A stretch of DNA of 41,943 nucleotides from Candidatus Thorarchaeota archaeon SMTZ1-45 (GCA_001563335.1 LRSL01000075.1:1-41943), one strand, 5' to 3'. Shown: positions 10,032-20,120, counted from the first letter of the stretch. Notes: generated by a model from the sequence alone, not told the origin. A program made the numbers and translations.

Positions 10032-10288
10032 TTCATTAAAGATGGTTTAGAGGTTTCAATTAAACATTGGTTGGACCTCCTGATGGTCAAAAGATTTTAA
10101 CCTAAGGTTTTTTAACTGAGTCAAGACGAGTAACCAGAGAGCTAATAGGTGAGAAAAGGATGGATTGCCAAATCAACTAAACCAGAAAACCATCCCTCTA
10201 GTCTGGATAATATCTTGTTCTCGCCTCTAAGATGCTTAGTCACATTTTGTTATTACCCGTACAATTTTCTCAATGGGAGGATACTGAC

Positions 10289-13200
10289 ATGAGTCCATTA
10301 CCAAAGCGATATGATCCACAGACCTTGGAAACAGAAGTGCTTGATTCCTGGCAAAAGAAAGACATCTACAAGAAGACAATAGAGCTTAGAAATTCAGGAC
10401 CTAGGTGGAATTTCCTAGAGGGTCCACCCACTACAAATGGCTTCATGCATGTTGGCCATGCTCGAGGTCGTGCTATGAAGGATGCACAACTTCGTTATAT
10501 GACAATGAAAGGTTTCAATGTTTGGAGGCGAGGTGGTTGGGATATGCAAGGACTTCCTGTTGAGCTAGAAGTAGAGAGAAATGAAGGTATAGACCAGAAG
10601 GGGTTGATAGAATCAAATCTTGGCATGGATGTCTTCGTACAGAAATGCAAGGAGTTGGTAGATTATTACCTTGAAGGATGGGTGAATGATTCTATTAGAC
10701 TTGGTCTATGGTTAGACTATCCCTCTGCATATCAGACTCGTAGGGATGATTACATAGAACATGTATGGTACTTGCTTAAAATGGCAAATGAAAGAGGTCT
10801 TTTGGGGAGAGGATATAGAGTCAACCCAATGTGCCCTCGTTGCGTCACTGCATTATCAGGTCATGAGGTTTCTCAAGGATATCAGACAAAAGAGGACCCG
10901 TCAATATACGTGAAGTTCAAGCTCGTTGGAAAAGACAAGGAGTATCTTGTGATATGGACCACAACGCCATTCACTTTGATATCAAATGAGATGGTTTCGG
11001 TCCACCCTAATATGAAGTATGTGAAAGTCGATGTTGATGGTGAGTTGTGGTGGCTTGTTGAGGATCTTGTTGAAGAGGTCATGCGGAAATCAGGGGTAGA
11101 CTCCTACAAGATAGTTGAGTCTGTAACTGGAAGTGAGATGCTTGGATGGAAATATGAACACCCTTTCAGAAACGAGGTGCCATTTCACCAAGAACATGAT
11201 GAAGAATACATGCATGCTGTGGTTACAGGGACCCATGTAACAGTCGAAGATGGTACCGGTCTTGTTCATACTGCACCAGGATTTGGACCAGATGACTTCA
11301 ATGTTGGGCGTGAATTCAATGTACCAGTATTAGCACCAGTCACTTCGTCTGGGAGATTCACTGACGAAGTGCCAATGTTCAAAGGAAGGATGGTTTTTGA
11401 TACAAATCCTGAAGTTCCAAGAATGTTGCAGGACAAAGGGTTGCTTGTCCACGAGGAAATAATATTACACGAATACCCTCACTGCTGGAGATGCGACACA
11501 CCACTCGTGTATTTGGCAGACAATACTCAATGGTTTCTGAAAATGACTGGAGTCAGGGACAATCTTGTGGAATCCAATAGGAATGTGGATTGGACTCCTG
11601 ATTGGGCTGGAAGTGGCCGTTTTGGTGACTGGCTTGCGAACGCTGATGATTGGTGCATATCACGCTCCAGAGTCTGGGGGTCTCCTCTTCCAGTTTGGGT
11701 CTGTGATGATTGCCAAGCTGAAGTTGTAGTTGGTTCAAGAAAGGAATTGAAAGAACGAGCTATAAAGTTCCCTGATGAGTTTGAAATGCACAGACCGTGG
11801 GTGGATGAGGTTGTTTTGTCCTGCGAGAAGTGTGGTGGTGAAATGCATAGAGAAGAGTTTGTAACAGATTGTTGGTTAGACTCAGGAATAGCTCATACAG
11901 CAAGTGTCGATTATCTCAAAGATCCATCCTTACATAAAGAGCTCTATCCATTTGATTTCATAACTGAGGCTGTAGATCAATCACGTGGATGGTTCTACAG
12001 CCTTCTTTACACTGCAGTGGTTTTACATGGCAATGCCCCCTTCAAAGCATGTGTTAGTCAAGAGCATGTCCTTGATGCAGAAGGAGGGAAAATGAGCAAG
12101 TCCCGTGGAAATGTCGTTTGGGCGAAAGATGCATTCAATGACATAGGAGCAGACCCATTCAGAGTGTTTGTCCTAACTCGCTCAGCTTCATGGTCACGAA
12201 TGAACTATGATCCAAAAGAGATAGACCTCACAAGGAAGAAACTCGATGTTCTTTGGAATGTTGCTCTGTTTGCTGAAACGTACATGGACTTGGATAATTT
12301 CAAGTATGATGAAAAAAGAATGAGGAAAGCATTGGAAAAAGCAGATCTAGAGGACAAATGGTTACTCTCACGAGTGCAGAGTGTTGTAGAGGACTATAGA
12401 GTCAATATGGACAAATACCTCTGGCATCACGCTGGTCGCGTTTTATTGGATTTTATATCAGAAGACCTAAGCAGAGTGTATCTTCCTCTTGTGAAGAAAC
12501 GAGTATGGCTTGACAGTGATGATCCCAAGAAAGTAATGGCATATGATGTCATGTACTATACCCTCCAGACATTCTTGAGATGTTTCAATGTTTTCACACC
12601 TTTTTTGGCGGAGAAGTTGCACACTGAGTTCCTAACACGTTTTGCAGACGGTTTACCAGAATCAATAAACATGATGTGGATGCCTGAGCCTGATGACAGT
12701 CTTTCCGACAAAGAATTGGAAGCCACATTTGAAGTACTTCAAGAACTAAGGAGTGCATCAAGTCACGCACGAAATAAGAAAGGAGTTAAACTAAGACATC
12801 CAGTGGCTAAGGTCACATTCATAGCAGAAAGTAAAGAAACTGCGAAGAGGGCAGAGAGCCTCACCGAACTTCTCAGGGATGATCTGAATACAAGAGAATT
12901 TGAAGTACTTCTCACTGATGTCATGGCGGAATTTACAACGCTGACTATGAAACCCAACTATAAAACTCTTGGACCCAAGTATAAAGGTATGATGAAGCAA
13001 CTGGTATCAGCTCTTGAGAGGGTTGATGCAGTAAAACTGCGGGCGGACTTGGAAAAAGGAAAAGCCAGTGTTTCTGTTAACGGGAAAAAGCTAAGCCTCG
13101 AGGCTGGTGATGTCGAGTTTGAAGAAACTCTCCCAGACCACCTCAGCTATGCGGAAGATAAAATCGGCAAAGTCTACGTAGATGTTACACGTACTAGGGA

Positions 13201-13486
13201 GTTGGAGGCAGAAGGGCTGGTCAGAGATGTCATAAGAAGAGTCCAAGTGATGAGAAAGGAACTTGATTTGAAGGTTGAACAATCCATAGATGTTCTTTTA
13301 GTGTTTTCTGAGGATGATTCAATGGAACTCTCAAAGATGTTTGAGGCTTATTTAGCCAATGAAGTACGCGCTGAGTCGCTGGAGATGGATGGACCAAGTG
13401 CTAAACCAAAATGGAAAGATTATTCATATGTCAAAGAATGGGAAATAGACGATTTGAAGCTGAAGGTGGGTATGAGTCCTAAGTAG
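10289..13486 (+). CDS. ileS: Isoleucine--tRNA ligase (archaeal/eukaryotic type)
   Basis: EGPP, HVGH, WTTTP, GTGLVH, WCISR, KMSKS. GGAGG RBS before ATG 10289. Confidence 0.97.
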   Translation: MSPLPKRYDPQTLETEVLDSWQKKDIYKKTIELRNSGPRWNFLEGPPTTNGFMHVGHARGRAMKDAQLRYMTMKGFNVWRRGGWDMQGLPVELEVERNEGIDQKGLIESNLGMDVFVQKCKELVDYYLEGWVNDSIRLGLWLDYPSAYQTRRDDYIEHVWYLLKMANERGLLGRGYRVNPMCPRCVTALSGHEVSQGYQTKEDPSIYVKFKLVGKDKEYLVIWTTTPFTLISNEMVSVHPNMKYVKVDVDGELWWLVEDLVEEVMRKSGVDSYKIVESVTGSEMLGWKYEHPFRNEVPFHQEHDEEYMHAVVTGTHVTVEDGTGLVHTAPGFGPDDFNVGREFNVPVLAPVTSSGRFTDEVPMFKGRMVFDTNPEVPRMLQDKGLLVHEEIILHEYPHCWRCDTPLVYLADNTQWFLKMTGVRDNLVESNRNVDWTPDWAGSGRFGDWLANADDWCISRSRVWGSPLPVWVCDDCQAEVVVGSRKELKERAIKFPDEFEMHRPWVDEVVLSCEKCGGEMHREEFVTDCWLDSGIAHTASVDYLKDPSLHKELYPFDFITEAVDQSRGWFYSLLYTAVVLHGNAPFKACVSQEHVLDAEGGKMSKSRGNVVWAKDAFNDIGADPFRVFVLTRSASWSRMNYDPKEIDLTRKKLDVLWNVALFAETYMDLDNFKYDEKRMRKALEKADLEDKWLLSRVQSVVEDYRVNMDKYLWHHAGRVLLDFISEDLSRVYLPLVKKRVWLDSDDPKKVMAYDVMYYTLQTFLRCFNVFTPFLAEKLHTEFLTRFADGLPESINMMWMPEPDDSLSDKELEATFEVLQELRSASSHARNKKGVKLRHPVAKVTFIAESKETAKRAESLTELLRDDLNTREFEVLLTDVMAEFTTLTMKPNYKTLGPKYKGMMKQLVSALERVDAVKLRADLEKGKASVSVNGKKLSLEAGDVEFEETLPDHLSYAEDKIGKVYVDVTRTRELEAEGLVRDVIRRVQVMRKELDLKVEQSIDVLLVFSEDDSMELSKMFEAYLANEVRAESLEMDGPSAKPKWKDYSYVKEWEIDDLKLKVGMSPK

Positions 13487-13490
13487 ATGA

Positions 13491-14819
13491 CTAGACAGGG
13501 CTTTTGCCCCTAGTAAGTACCTCAATCATCGTGTGGAAAACTTTCGCATTCTCCTTGATTGATTCGATTGAAACCCATTCATTCGCTCCATGAACATTGT
13601 CACCACGAGGACCAAAATCAAACAAGTCAGCTCCTTCTCCTGCAAAGTAACGTGCGTCAGAACCTCCAAACCCTTCGACTATTCTGTAGGATATCCCTTC
13701 CTTCTCAAGAGCCCATCTAGCAGCCCTTATGAGTCTTGAATTGGGATCACAGTCCACATAACCAACTCCAGAATAAACCTGAAGTGAGAATATCTCTACT
13801 CGATTTCTTAATGAGGCTTCAAAAGCAGCTTTGACTGTTTCACCATCATTCGTCATTGACCTGACATCAACATATAGGGTCCAGAGGTCATTTTCTTTTG
13901 ACAGAATGTTTGGACAAATATTGGTGCCTTTATCTGATGGTTTTGTTGGAAAAGCAGTGTGAGAGAGTGCAAGTAAAGATCGCATCATGTCTGTCAATGC
14001 TACATCATAAGACAACTCAATACCTGACTTGTCAGGATGAATTACATCCAGTTCAATCCAGTCAGGAACCACATTGCCCTTCAGAAAAGCGCCTCGGACC
14101 GTTTCTACAACAGATTTGGGATTAAGATCAAGATATTTTGATGCGGCAATCATCGCGTGTCTATCTACACCAAATCTCAGATAGGCACTGTGTCTTGTGT
14201 TGGTTCCATATGTCTGGGTTTCAACCTTCACCGTTTCCCTTTGACCTTTGATTTTCTCCATTCTTTCTTTTACTTTGATGAAAGTGGGTAGGATGTTCCT
14301 TCTCCTGTGAATAATGTCTTGACCATTTCCATCAGCAATGACAACATAATCAGGAAAGAGACCCTGTTTTATCAGGTAATCTTTCAATACTCCAGCACCT
14401 TGACGGCCACCTATTTCTTCGTCCCCCGTAACTGCAATCATAATTGTGCATGGAAAATCAGACTCTGCAATTTTCTCAGCGAGTAATAGGAGTGAAACAA
14501 TATTCCCCTTATCATCACAGGTCCCTCTACCATAAGCTCTATCACCATCAAGCTTCAACTTTAGAGGGTCAGAGTCCCATCCATCTCCAAATGGAACAAC
14601 ATCAAAGTGGGCTAAGAAGAGAATTTTGAATTGACCATGACCACGTCTTGCTAGGGATGTTGTGTATCCTTCTGATTCTATAATTTCTGTATGAAAACCA
14701 AATTCACTCAGAATTCTATTAATGAATTCAGGACAAGTTCGAGGTGCTTTCATATCATCATTATTTCTTGTGTCAAAGGCAACAAGAGTTTCTAGAAGTT
14801 CAACGGGGTCAAGAGGCAT
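13491..14819 (-). CDS. M20 family metallopeptidase/deacylase (DapE/ArgE-like)
   Basis: AHFDVVP, GRGTCDDKG, DEEIGG, GGSDA, HGANE. Confidence 0.88.
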   Translation of the reverse strand: MPLDPVELLETLVAFDTRNNDDMKAPRTCPEFINRILSEFGFHTEIIESEGYTTSLARRGHGQFKILFLAHFDVVPFGDGWDSDPLKLKLDGDRAYGRGTCDDKGNIVSLLLLAEKIAESDFPCTIMIAVTGDEEIGGRQGAGVLKDYLIKQGLFPDYVVIADGNGQDIIHRRRNILPTFIKVKERMEKIKGQRETVKVETQTYGTNTRHSAYLRFGVDRHAMIAASKYLDLNPKSVVETVRGAFLKGNVVPDWIELDVIHPDKSGIELSYDVALTDMMRSLLALSHTAFPTKPSDKGTNICPNILSKENDLWTLYVDVRSMTNDGETVKAAFEASLRNRVEIFSLQVYSGVGYVDCDPNSRLIRAARWALEKEGISYRIVEGFGGSDARYFAGEGADLFDFGPRGDNVHGANEWVSIESIKENAKVFHTMIEVLTRGKSPV

Positions 14820-14938
14820 CGCAATCAGATGGACTACAGACTAAGAGAGTCAAAAGTTTATCCTATCAAGCTATTGTCAAAATAAAAAGCTTGGACAAGG
14901 GACAATCAAAAGACTGCCCCTTGCATCTTTAAACCGAT

Positions 14939-17152
14939 TTATGTTCGCTTGTAGATCCATCTGTTCCAAGAGCTGAGGCTTGGCATTTCTTCAGGCAATC
15001 CTTTCCGAGCTCTTATCTCTAAGATGATCTCTTCCTGCATGTTACCGGGCAAGGGTTCGAATCCTCGAAACTCATAACCAAAGAAACTGCGACCAGCAGT
15101 TGCACTTCGGAACTCATCTGCAATACCGATAGTTTCTGCAGTAGGGAGAGTACCTTTCACTGTGACTGTGTCTTCTTCTCCTTCGATTGTCACTATCTGG
15201 CCTCGATGACCGGTGAGGACCTTGATGACTTGTCCTTGTGTATCAGTTGGGGTCTTGATATCAGTATTCAAGACTGGTTCGTAGAGTCCTGGTCTACCGG
15301 TGAGAAAACCCATGTTCAGTCCAGCACTTACCATCGTAGCAACTTCACTATAACCTGTGTGAGCTGGGTCGGTATGGACAGTAGCATCAGTAAGGACTAC
15401 CTTTACACCCATTATAGGTTCTTTCGCAATTGGGCCACCTTCGATGAAATCTCGGAAAGTTGTTTGTAGGTATGAGAAGATACGATCAAACCTCTGAACA
15501 CCACTCATTGCATCAACTAGCATTGAGGATTCATAGATATCCAGAATCTTACGAGCCTCTTTTGCATCCCAACCAGCTTCATCTCGAAGAATGGCTGCAC
15601 GCTCGCGATCAGGCATTTCTGCAGTAATCTTCTTCTTCCTGATGAGTTCAATTGTCTTTTCATCGAGAGGTTCAAGATACATTCGAATCCTGTTGTGTCC
15701 GTTTGGAGACTTTGTGTGGAACTCGTCACCTCGCTCAGTCATCTTTTCTCGGTACACGATAATCGGTTCTGAAACTTTGATCTTCACCTGCTCATTGATT
15801 CTTTTAGTCAGAATCTCGATCTGGAGTGGGTCAATACCATCAAGACGATACTCACCAGATTCTTTGTCATGTATGAATCTAGCTGTTGGGTCAGCCATAA
15901 TCCACTTGGATACAACTTCTCCGAGTTTGGCAATTTCTTGAGGATCAATAGGTTTGATGCTACGACTTACAACAGGTTCGCTCACATATTCAATAGCCTC
16001 GAAGCCCTTCATGTCAGAACCTGGAGTTACAAATGTTTCACCACTTGGACATATGAAGCCAAAGACGGAGAATAGGTTACCAGCAGGCACCTCATCCATG
16101 TCAAGAATATCAGTAATCTCTTGGACACCTAGTCGCTTGACCTTGGCGTTCTGTCTCATGTTGACAAGCTGAATCTCCTGACCAGATTTGATTGTTCCAG
16201 AGAACACTCTACCAATCAGAGTGGGTCTCTTGCTCTTGGGATCAATGAAGATTTTTGTAATCATTCCAAGCAGAGGTCCCTTCGGATCGCAGTCCAAAAG
16301 AGCCGTACCCTCTAAACTGTCTAGGTTTCCTGACCAAATTCGAGGTATCTTGTATTTCTGAGCTTCTTTTGGATTTGGCAGATGTTTTACAATCATCTCA
16401 AGGAGTGCATCATCTAATGGGAGGTTATCTCTGAGCCAGCGATCATCGCCTTCATTGTATTTCTCAAAGACAACTGTGGGTTTGATGTTCTTCTTTTCTA
16501 GGGTCTTCATTGTGAAAGCCCAGCCAGTCTTTGCGCTTCCAATGGCAACACTACCCTCTTGGAAACTGACTCTCCAGTCAAGTGCATATTCCTTTGGAGC
16601 AACCTTCTTGATGAGCTCATTCACCTTGGCGATGATGATGTCAATGCGTTCGTAGACTTTTGCTGGTGGAAGCTTGAGCTCATTGATGAGTCGGTCTACT
16701 TTGTTAATGAACAGGACCGGTTTGCATGCCTCACCACCCACTGCTAAGCGAATATTTGTTTCAGTCTGTGTCATTACGCCCTCGAGGGCATCTACAAGAA
16801 TAACTGCACCATCACTGGCACGTAGTGCCCTTGAAACCTCCCCTGTGAATGAGAGGTGTCCAGGAGTGTCTGACAACTGAACGAGATACTCCTCGCCTTC
16901 AACCTCGAAGTTAAGCAGCACGACTGAGGTAAAGATAGTGATACCTCGCTCTTGCTCTTCTTCGTCACTGTCTGTCATGAGAGCTTGTCCAGCAGCAGCA
17001 TCACTCATAAGACCAGCCCGACGCATCAGATAGTCGGTTGTTGTGGTCTTTCCGTGGTCAATGTGAGCGCTGATTGATATTATCCTCTTGTGCTCAAAAT
17101 CGTCTGAAAGAATGAGCCTCTTGATTGCATCTGGCTCTTTGATCTTAACCAT
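14939..17152 (-). CDS. Elongation factor 2 paralog (aEF-2p-like)
   Basis: AHIDHGKTT, ERGITI, DTPGH, NKVD and EF-2 domains IV-V. Diphthamide loop reads HTDPAHTG. Not in a ribosomal operon. AGGAGA RBS favours ATG 17152. Confidence 0.88.
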   Translation of the reverse strand: MVKIKEPDAIKRLILSDDFEHKRIISISAHIDHGKTTTTDYLMRRAGLMSDAAAGQALMTDSDEEEQERGITIFTSVVLLNFEVEGEEYLVQLSDTPGHLSFTGEVSRALRASDGAVILVDALEGVMTQTETNIRLAVGGEACKPVLFINKVDRLINELKLPPAKVYERIDIIIAKVNELIKKVAPKEYALDWRVSFQEGSVAIGSAKTGWAFTMKTLEKKNIKPTVVFEKYNEGDDRWLRDNLPLDDALLEMIVKHLPNPKEAQKYKIPRIWSGNLDSLEGTALLDCDPKGPLLGMITKIFIDPKSKRPTLIGRVFSGTIKSGQEIQLVNMRQNAKVKRLGVQEITDILDMDEVPAGNLFSVFGFICPSGETFVTPGSDMKGFEAIEYVSEPVVSRSIKPIDPQEIAKLGEVVSKWIMADPTARFIHDKESGEYRLDGIDPLQIEILTKRINEQVKIKVSEPIIVYREKMTERGDEFHTKSPNGHNRIRMYLEPLDEKTIELIRKKKITAEMPDRERAAILRDEAGWDAKEARKILDIYESSMLVDAMSGVQRFDRIFSYLQTTFRDFIEGGPIAKEPIMGVKVVLTDATVHTDPAHTGYSEVATMVSAGLNMGFLTGRPGLYEPVLNTDIKTPTDTQGQVIKVLTGHRGQIVTIEGEEDTVTVKGTLPTAETIGIADEFRSATAGRSFFGYEFRGFEPLPGNMQEEIILEIRARKGLPEEMPSLSSWNRWIYKRT

Positions 17153-17378
17153 TAGGATGTCTCCTTGTAATTTAGTTTGTTGTCCCCTCGTGATATTGTT
17201 CAATAGCATGTCCCCAACTGTCCATTATCACACGAGAGAACTCGTCGGGGTTACCAGCATACTCACTGGTGGCTTGCGCGACCTCGCGTGTGGATGATTA
17301 AAAGTATTTCTACAGGGGAATTACTGAAAGACAATGAAGTTTGACAAGTTTTTTCTGTGCTAAAGTTTCCTACATCTT

Positions 17379-17816
17379 ATGACATACTTGTACAACACAG
17401 GTAGAGATGTTCTTTCTATTATGGGGATATGTTTAGGACCTGTAATTTTGATTATGGGGCTTCTGATGTATTATCTCGTTGGATATATGATCGGTATTGG
17501 GTTTCAGTTGATATTCCTAGCAATAGCTTTTATCGGATTTGGTTTATTTGCAGCAGGGCTTGGACTCTATCCTAGCATGAGGAAACGAGCTAAGCTGTGG
17601 AAAAAGGTCCTCGAGATTGCAGCTGTTGAAAAGGAGGTCACTATTTCTGATTTGCATATTCGTACAGGAATTGATTCTGAAGAGGTGAGAAAGATTTTAG
17701 CTCACTGTCTGATGAATGGCATTCTCTTTGGATATATTGAGGGGGACCTCTTTGTTCGTGATACTTCAGCTCGACCGTTTCGATATAAGAGTCCTACTGG
17801 ACTCTTTAGCGAGTGA
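17379..17816 (+). CDS. Two-TM membrane protein with C-terminal PCI/winged-helix-like domain
   Basis: Two hydrophobic helices, then VTISDL...GID.EEV.KIL...LMNGILFGYIEG. Confidence 0.65.
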   Translation: MTYLYNTGRDVLSIMGICLGPVILIMGLLMYYLVGYMIGIGFQLIFLAIAFIGFGLFAAGLGLYPSMRKRAKLWKKVLEIAAVEKEVTISDLHIRTGIDSEEVRKILAHCLMNGILFGYIEGDLFVRDTSARPFRYKSPTGLFSE

Positions 17817-17824
17817 GCAAGAAA

Positions 17825-18604
17825 CTATCGATGTGCAATGACCACCATTCGCTCAGAGTTTGCTGCGTATGGAAGTCGTGGGAGAATGTGTTGTCCATAG
17901 AATTCTACCTTCGAGAACCCAATTTCTTCAAGCATCTCTCGAATCTCAAGCGCAGTATACATCCGAATATCATTATTTGACAGAGCATCTTGGTCCATCA
18001 AGACTATTCGGTCCTCTTCCATGTCAAAGAACATCGCTGGTCGACCAGTAAGAACGCCAGCGTGTGCATCTAACACATGGGGTTCATTTAGTAAAAAGCC
18101 CCCCTCAAGTTGTGTCCAAGTCTTCTGGAACTTAGGAAGATTATATGGATTCATAAGGTCCAGTAATAAACAGCCATCATCTTTTAGTGCATGAAATGCG
18201 CCCATCAAGACACGTTTGTTTTCTTCATGGTTAAAGAATCCAAAACTGTGACTTAGCATAACTGCCGCTTTGAACTGAGATTCAAACGACATGTCACGCA
18301 TATCACCAGTATAGAAGTTTACTTCCACCTTTTCATCCTTGGCTCTTTTCTTTGCTACATCAATCAAGGATTGTGCAATGTCAAAGGCAGTGACTTTTAG
18401 ACCTCGTTTGGCAAACTCAATTGAATGGTCTCCTGCACCACAGGCAATGTCTAGAATCTCATTTCCCTTCTTAAGAGTAAAAACCTCGATGATGAAGGCT
18501 ACAACGAGTTTATCATACTGCTCGATTCCTTGAATTGCCCGACGATGTCGGACTCGGAATATTTCAGCCCAGAACTCGTCCCAGCCAAGCTCTACCTTCT
18601 CCAT
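17825..18604 (-). CDS. Class I SAM-dependent methyltransferase
   Basis: ILDIACGAGDH, GDMR, SFGFF. Confidence 0.9.
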   Translation of the reverse strand: MEKVELGWDEFWAEIFRVRHRRAIQGIEQYDKLVVAFIIEVFTLKKGNEILDIACGAGDHSIEFAKRGLKVTAFDIAQSLIDVAKKRAKDEKVEVNFYTGDMRDMSFESQFKAAVMLSHSFGFFNHEENKRVLMGAFHALKDDGCLLLDLMNPYNLPKFQKTWTQLEGGFLLNEPHVLDAHAGVLTGRPAMFFDMEEDRIVLMDQDALSNNDIRMYTALEIREMLEEIGFSKVEFYGQHILPRLPYAANSERMVVIAHR

Positions 18605-18679
18605 TGATTCACACTTCCATTAATTGCGGTGATTGGACTCGGATATGAAGATTGTCATGACTGTTGATTGAGCAAGAAG

Positions 18680-18802
18680 GAGAATTTGGAGAGAATCCGC
18701 ACCTGTCTTCTCCGCCGGGAGGGACGCAGACTCAGTAACAGGAAACTCGAAATGAGCATAACCTACGGATTCGTTCTCCACCTGAAGTGAAGGCGAGTTC
18801 TC
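18680..18802 (+). ncRNA. Candidate ~123-nt multibranch structured RNA with K-loop
   Basis: Nested stems GAGAAUUUG/CGAGUUCUC and GAAUCCG/CGGAUUC; CCU-GA-AGU-GA-AGG K-loop. Confidence 0.45.
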
Positions 18803-19049
18803 TAAAAAACCTTTAGGTTATTCATAAATTTGAATTTATTTTAAATAATAGAAAGGATTTCCGATTTTTTGGAACGATTTTGTAAAAGAGGTCTTCTTGG
18901 GAAAAAAATCGAATTTTCAACGAATTTTCACATCTAATTGTGCAGCATAGACTCCAGGTCTTCCAAATAAGAGCCTTTCAAGATTAATAGCAGCGTAAAA
19001 ATGACTCCAAGAAATGTGAATTGTGAATAAGATCGTGTCTATGAGAAAC

Positions 19050-19125
19050 TGGTAGCCCCGCCAGGATTTGAACCTAGGTCCGGTGGGCCAGAACCACCGA
19101 TGCTGGACCACTACACCACGGGGCT
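19050..19125 (-). tRNA. tRNA-Gln(CUG), intronless, CCA encoded
   Basis: Acceptor AGCCCCG/CGGGGCT (A1-U72 as in archaeal Gln), anticodon arm GGTGG-TTCTGGC-CCACC, T-loop TTCAAAT, ACCA end. Confidence 0.97.
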
Positions 19126-19206
19126 ATGAGTGGCTCGGGAGTGAATTGTGCATTTTTCTTCTTTTCGGTTGTGAAACAGAAACAGAACCAAAATATTAGG
19201 ATGAAG

Positions 19207-20019
19207 TTAGATACCCACCTTGAAAATAAGTGCATCTCGGAGTACTCGTTGAAACATCCGTAGAAGGTTTTTGCCTTCAGTTGCAATTGTGTCAAATACT
19301 GGATATCCCTCTAAGTCCAACATCTGGACTATGTAGTCAATTGGTAAAGCATTGGGAAGGTCTCTTTTGTTCATGGCTACTATAATGGGTAATGTTGCCA
19401 TTCGGTCTGTACCAAGTGCAATTCTCAGCTCCTGTACCGATGCCAAGTTCTCATTCATTTGTTCAGGTGTTGAGTCCGCCATGAAGATGATTCCATCGCA
19501 ATCGCGGAGAACTTTGATTCTTTGGCTAGCATGTCGCCTCTGTCCAGCAACTGTAAATACATCAAAGACAATCCTCTCGCTGGCTGAAACAGGTACAAAG
19601 TCAAAGAAAGTTGTTCGCCCAAGCTCATCAGAGATTTCTATAATCTTCCCTTTTGCCAATGACCTAACATTGGCAAATAACCACCTCAGCGCTGTAGTCT
19701 TACCGGAAAGGGAAGGACCATAGAATACAATCTTGATATGGACCCTACCCAGTTCATCACGCTTCAGAACGTGACCTGGAACAATCTCGGCTGCACTTTG
19801 AGGTTTGATACGTGCGTGTCGAGCATGTTCAGCTGTGACTTTGGGGTCAAAACTAACATCTTCAGCGGAGGCGATCAATGTACCCATAGGTGCTGGGGTT
19901 GGTTCCACCATCACTGGTTTCGTAGGTGCTAAACCTACATCAGCACTAGGTTCCACTATTGGTTCTTCTTCCTCTTTGGGCTTTTTAGAACGCCCCATTA
20001 ATCTGCGAAATACAGACAA
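19207..20019 (-). CDS. MglA-like small GTPase with N-terminal extension
   Basis: KIVFYGPSLSGKTT, RTTFFDF, TVAGQ, NKRD. Confidence 0.88.
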   Translation of the reverse strand: MSVFRRLMGRSKKPKEEEEPIVEPSADVGLAPTKPVMVEPTPAPMGTLIASAEDVSFDPKVTAEHARHARIKPQSAAEIVPGHVLKRDELGRVHIKIVFYGPSLSGKTTALRWLFANVRSLAKGKIIEISDELGRTTFFDFVPVSASERIVFDVFTVAGQRRHASQRIKVLRDCDGIIFMADSTPEQMNENLASVQELRIALGTDRMATLPIIVAMNKRDLPNALPIDYIVQMLDLEGYPVFDTIATEGKNLLRMFQRVLRDALIFKVGI

Positions 20020-20120
20020 TCGCCTCTCCAGAATTTACGATGCTGATATTAGTCTTAAATCTTGGGGGGATTTTATCCGCAGTGACCTTTATCAATAGAA
20101 AGCCACAGGCATGATTCATT

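Noticed and set aside
10134-10288. T-box riboswitch upstream of ileS
   Set aside because: No AGGUGGNACC consensus and no UGGU to pair with tRNA-Ile ACCA.
18689-18793. Similarity to glycine riboswitch, SRP helix 8 or 5S rRNA fragments
   Set aside because: Only isolated short words match; order and helices do not fit any of these families.
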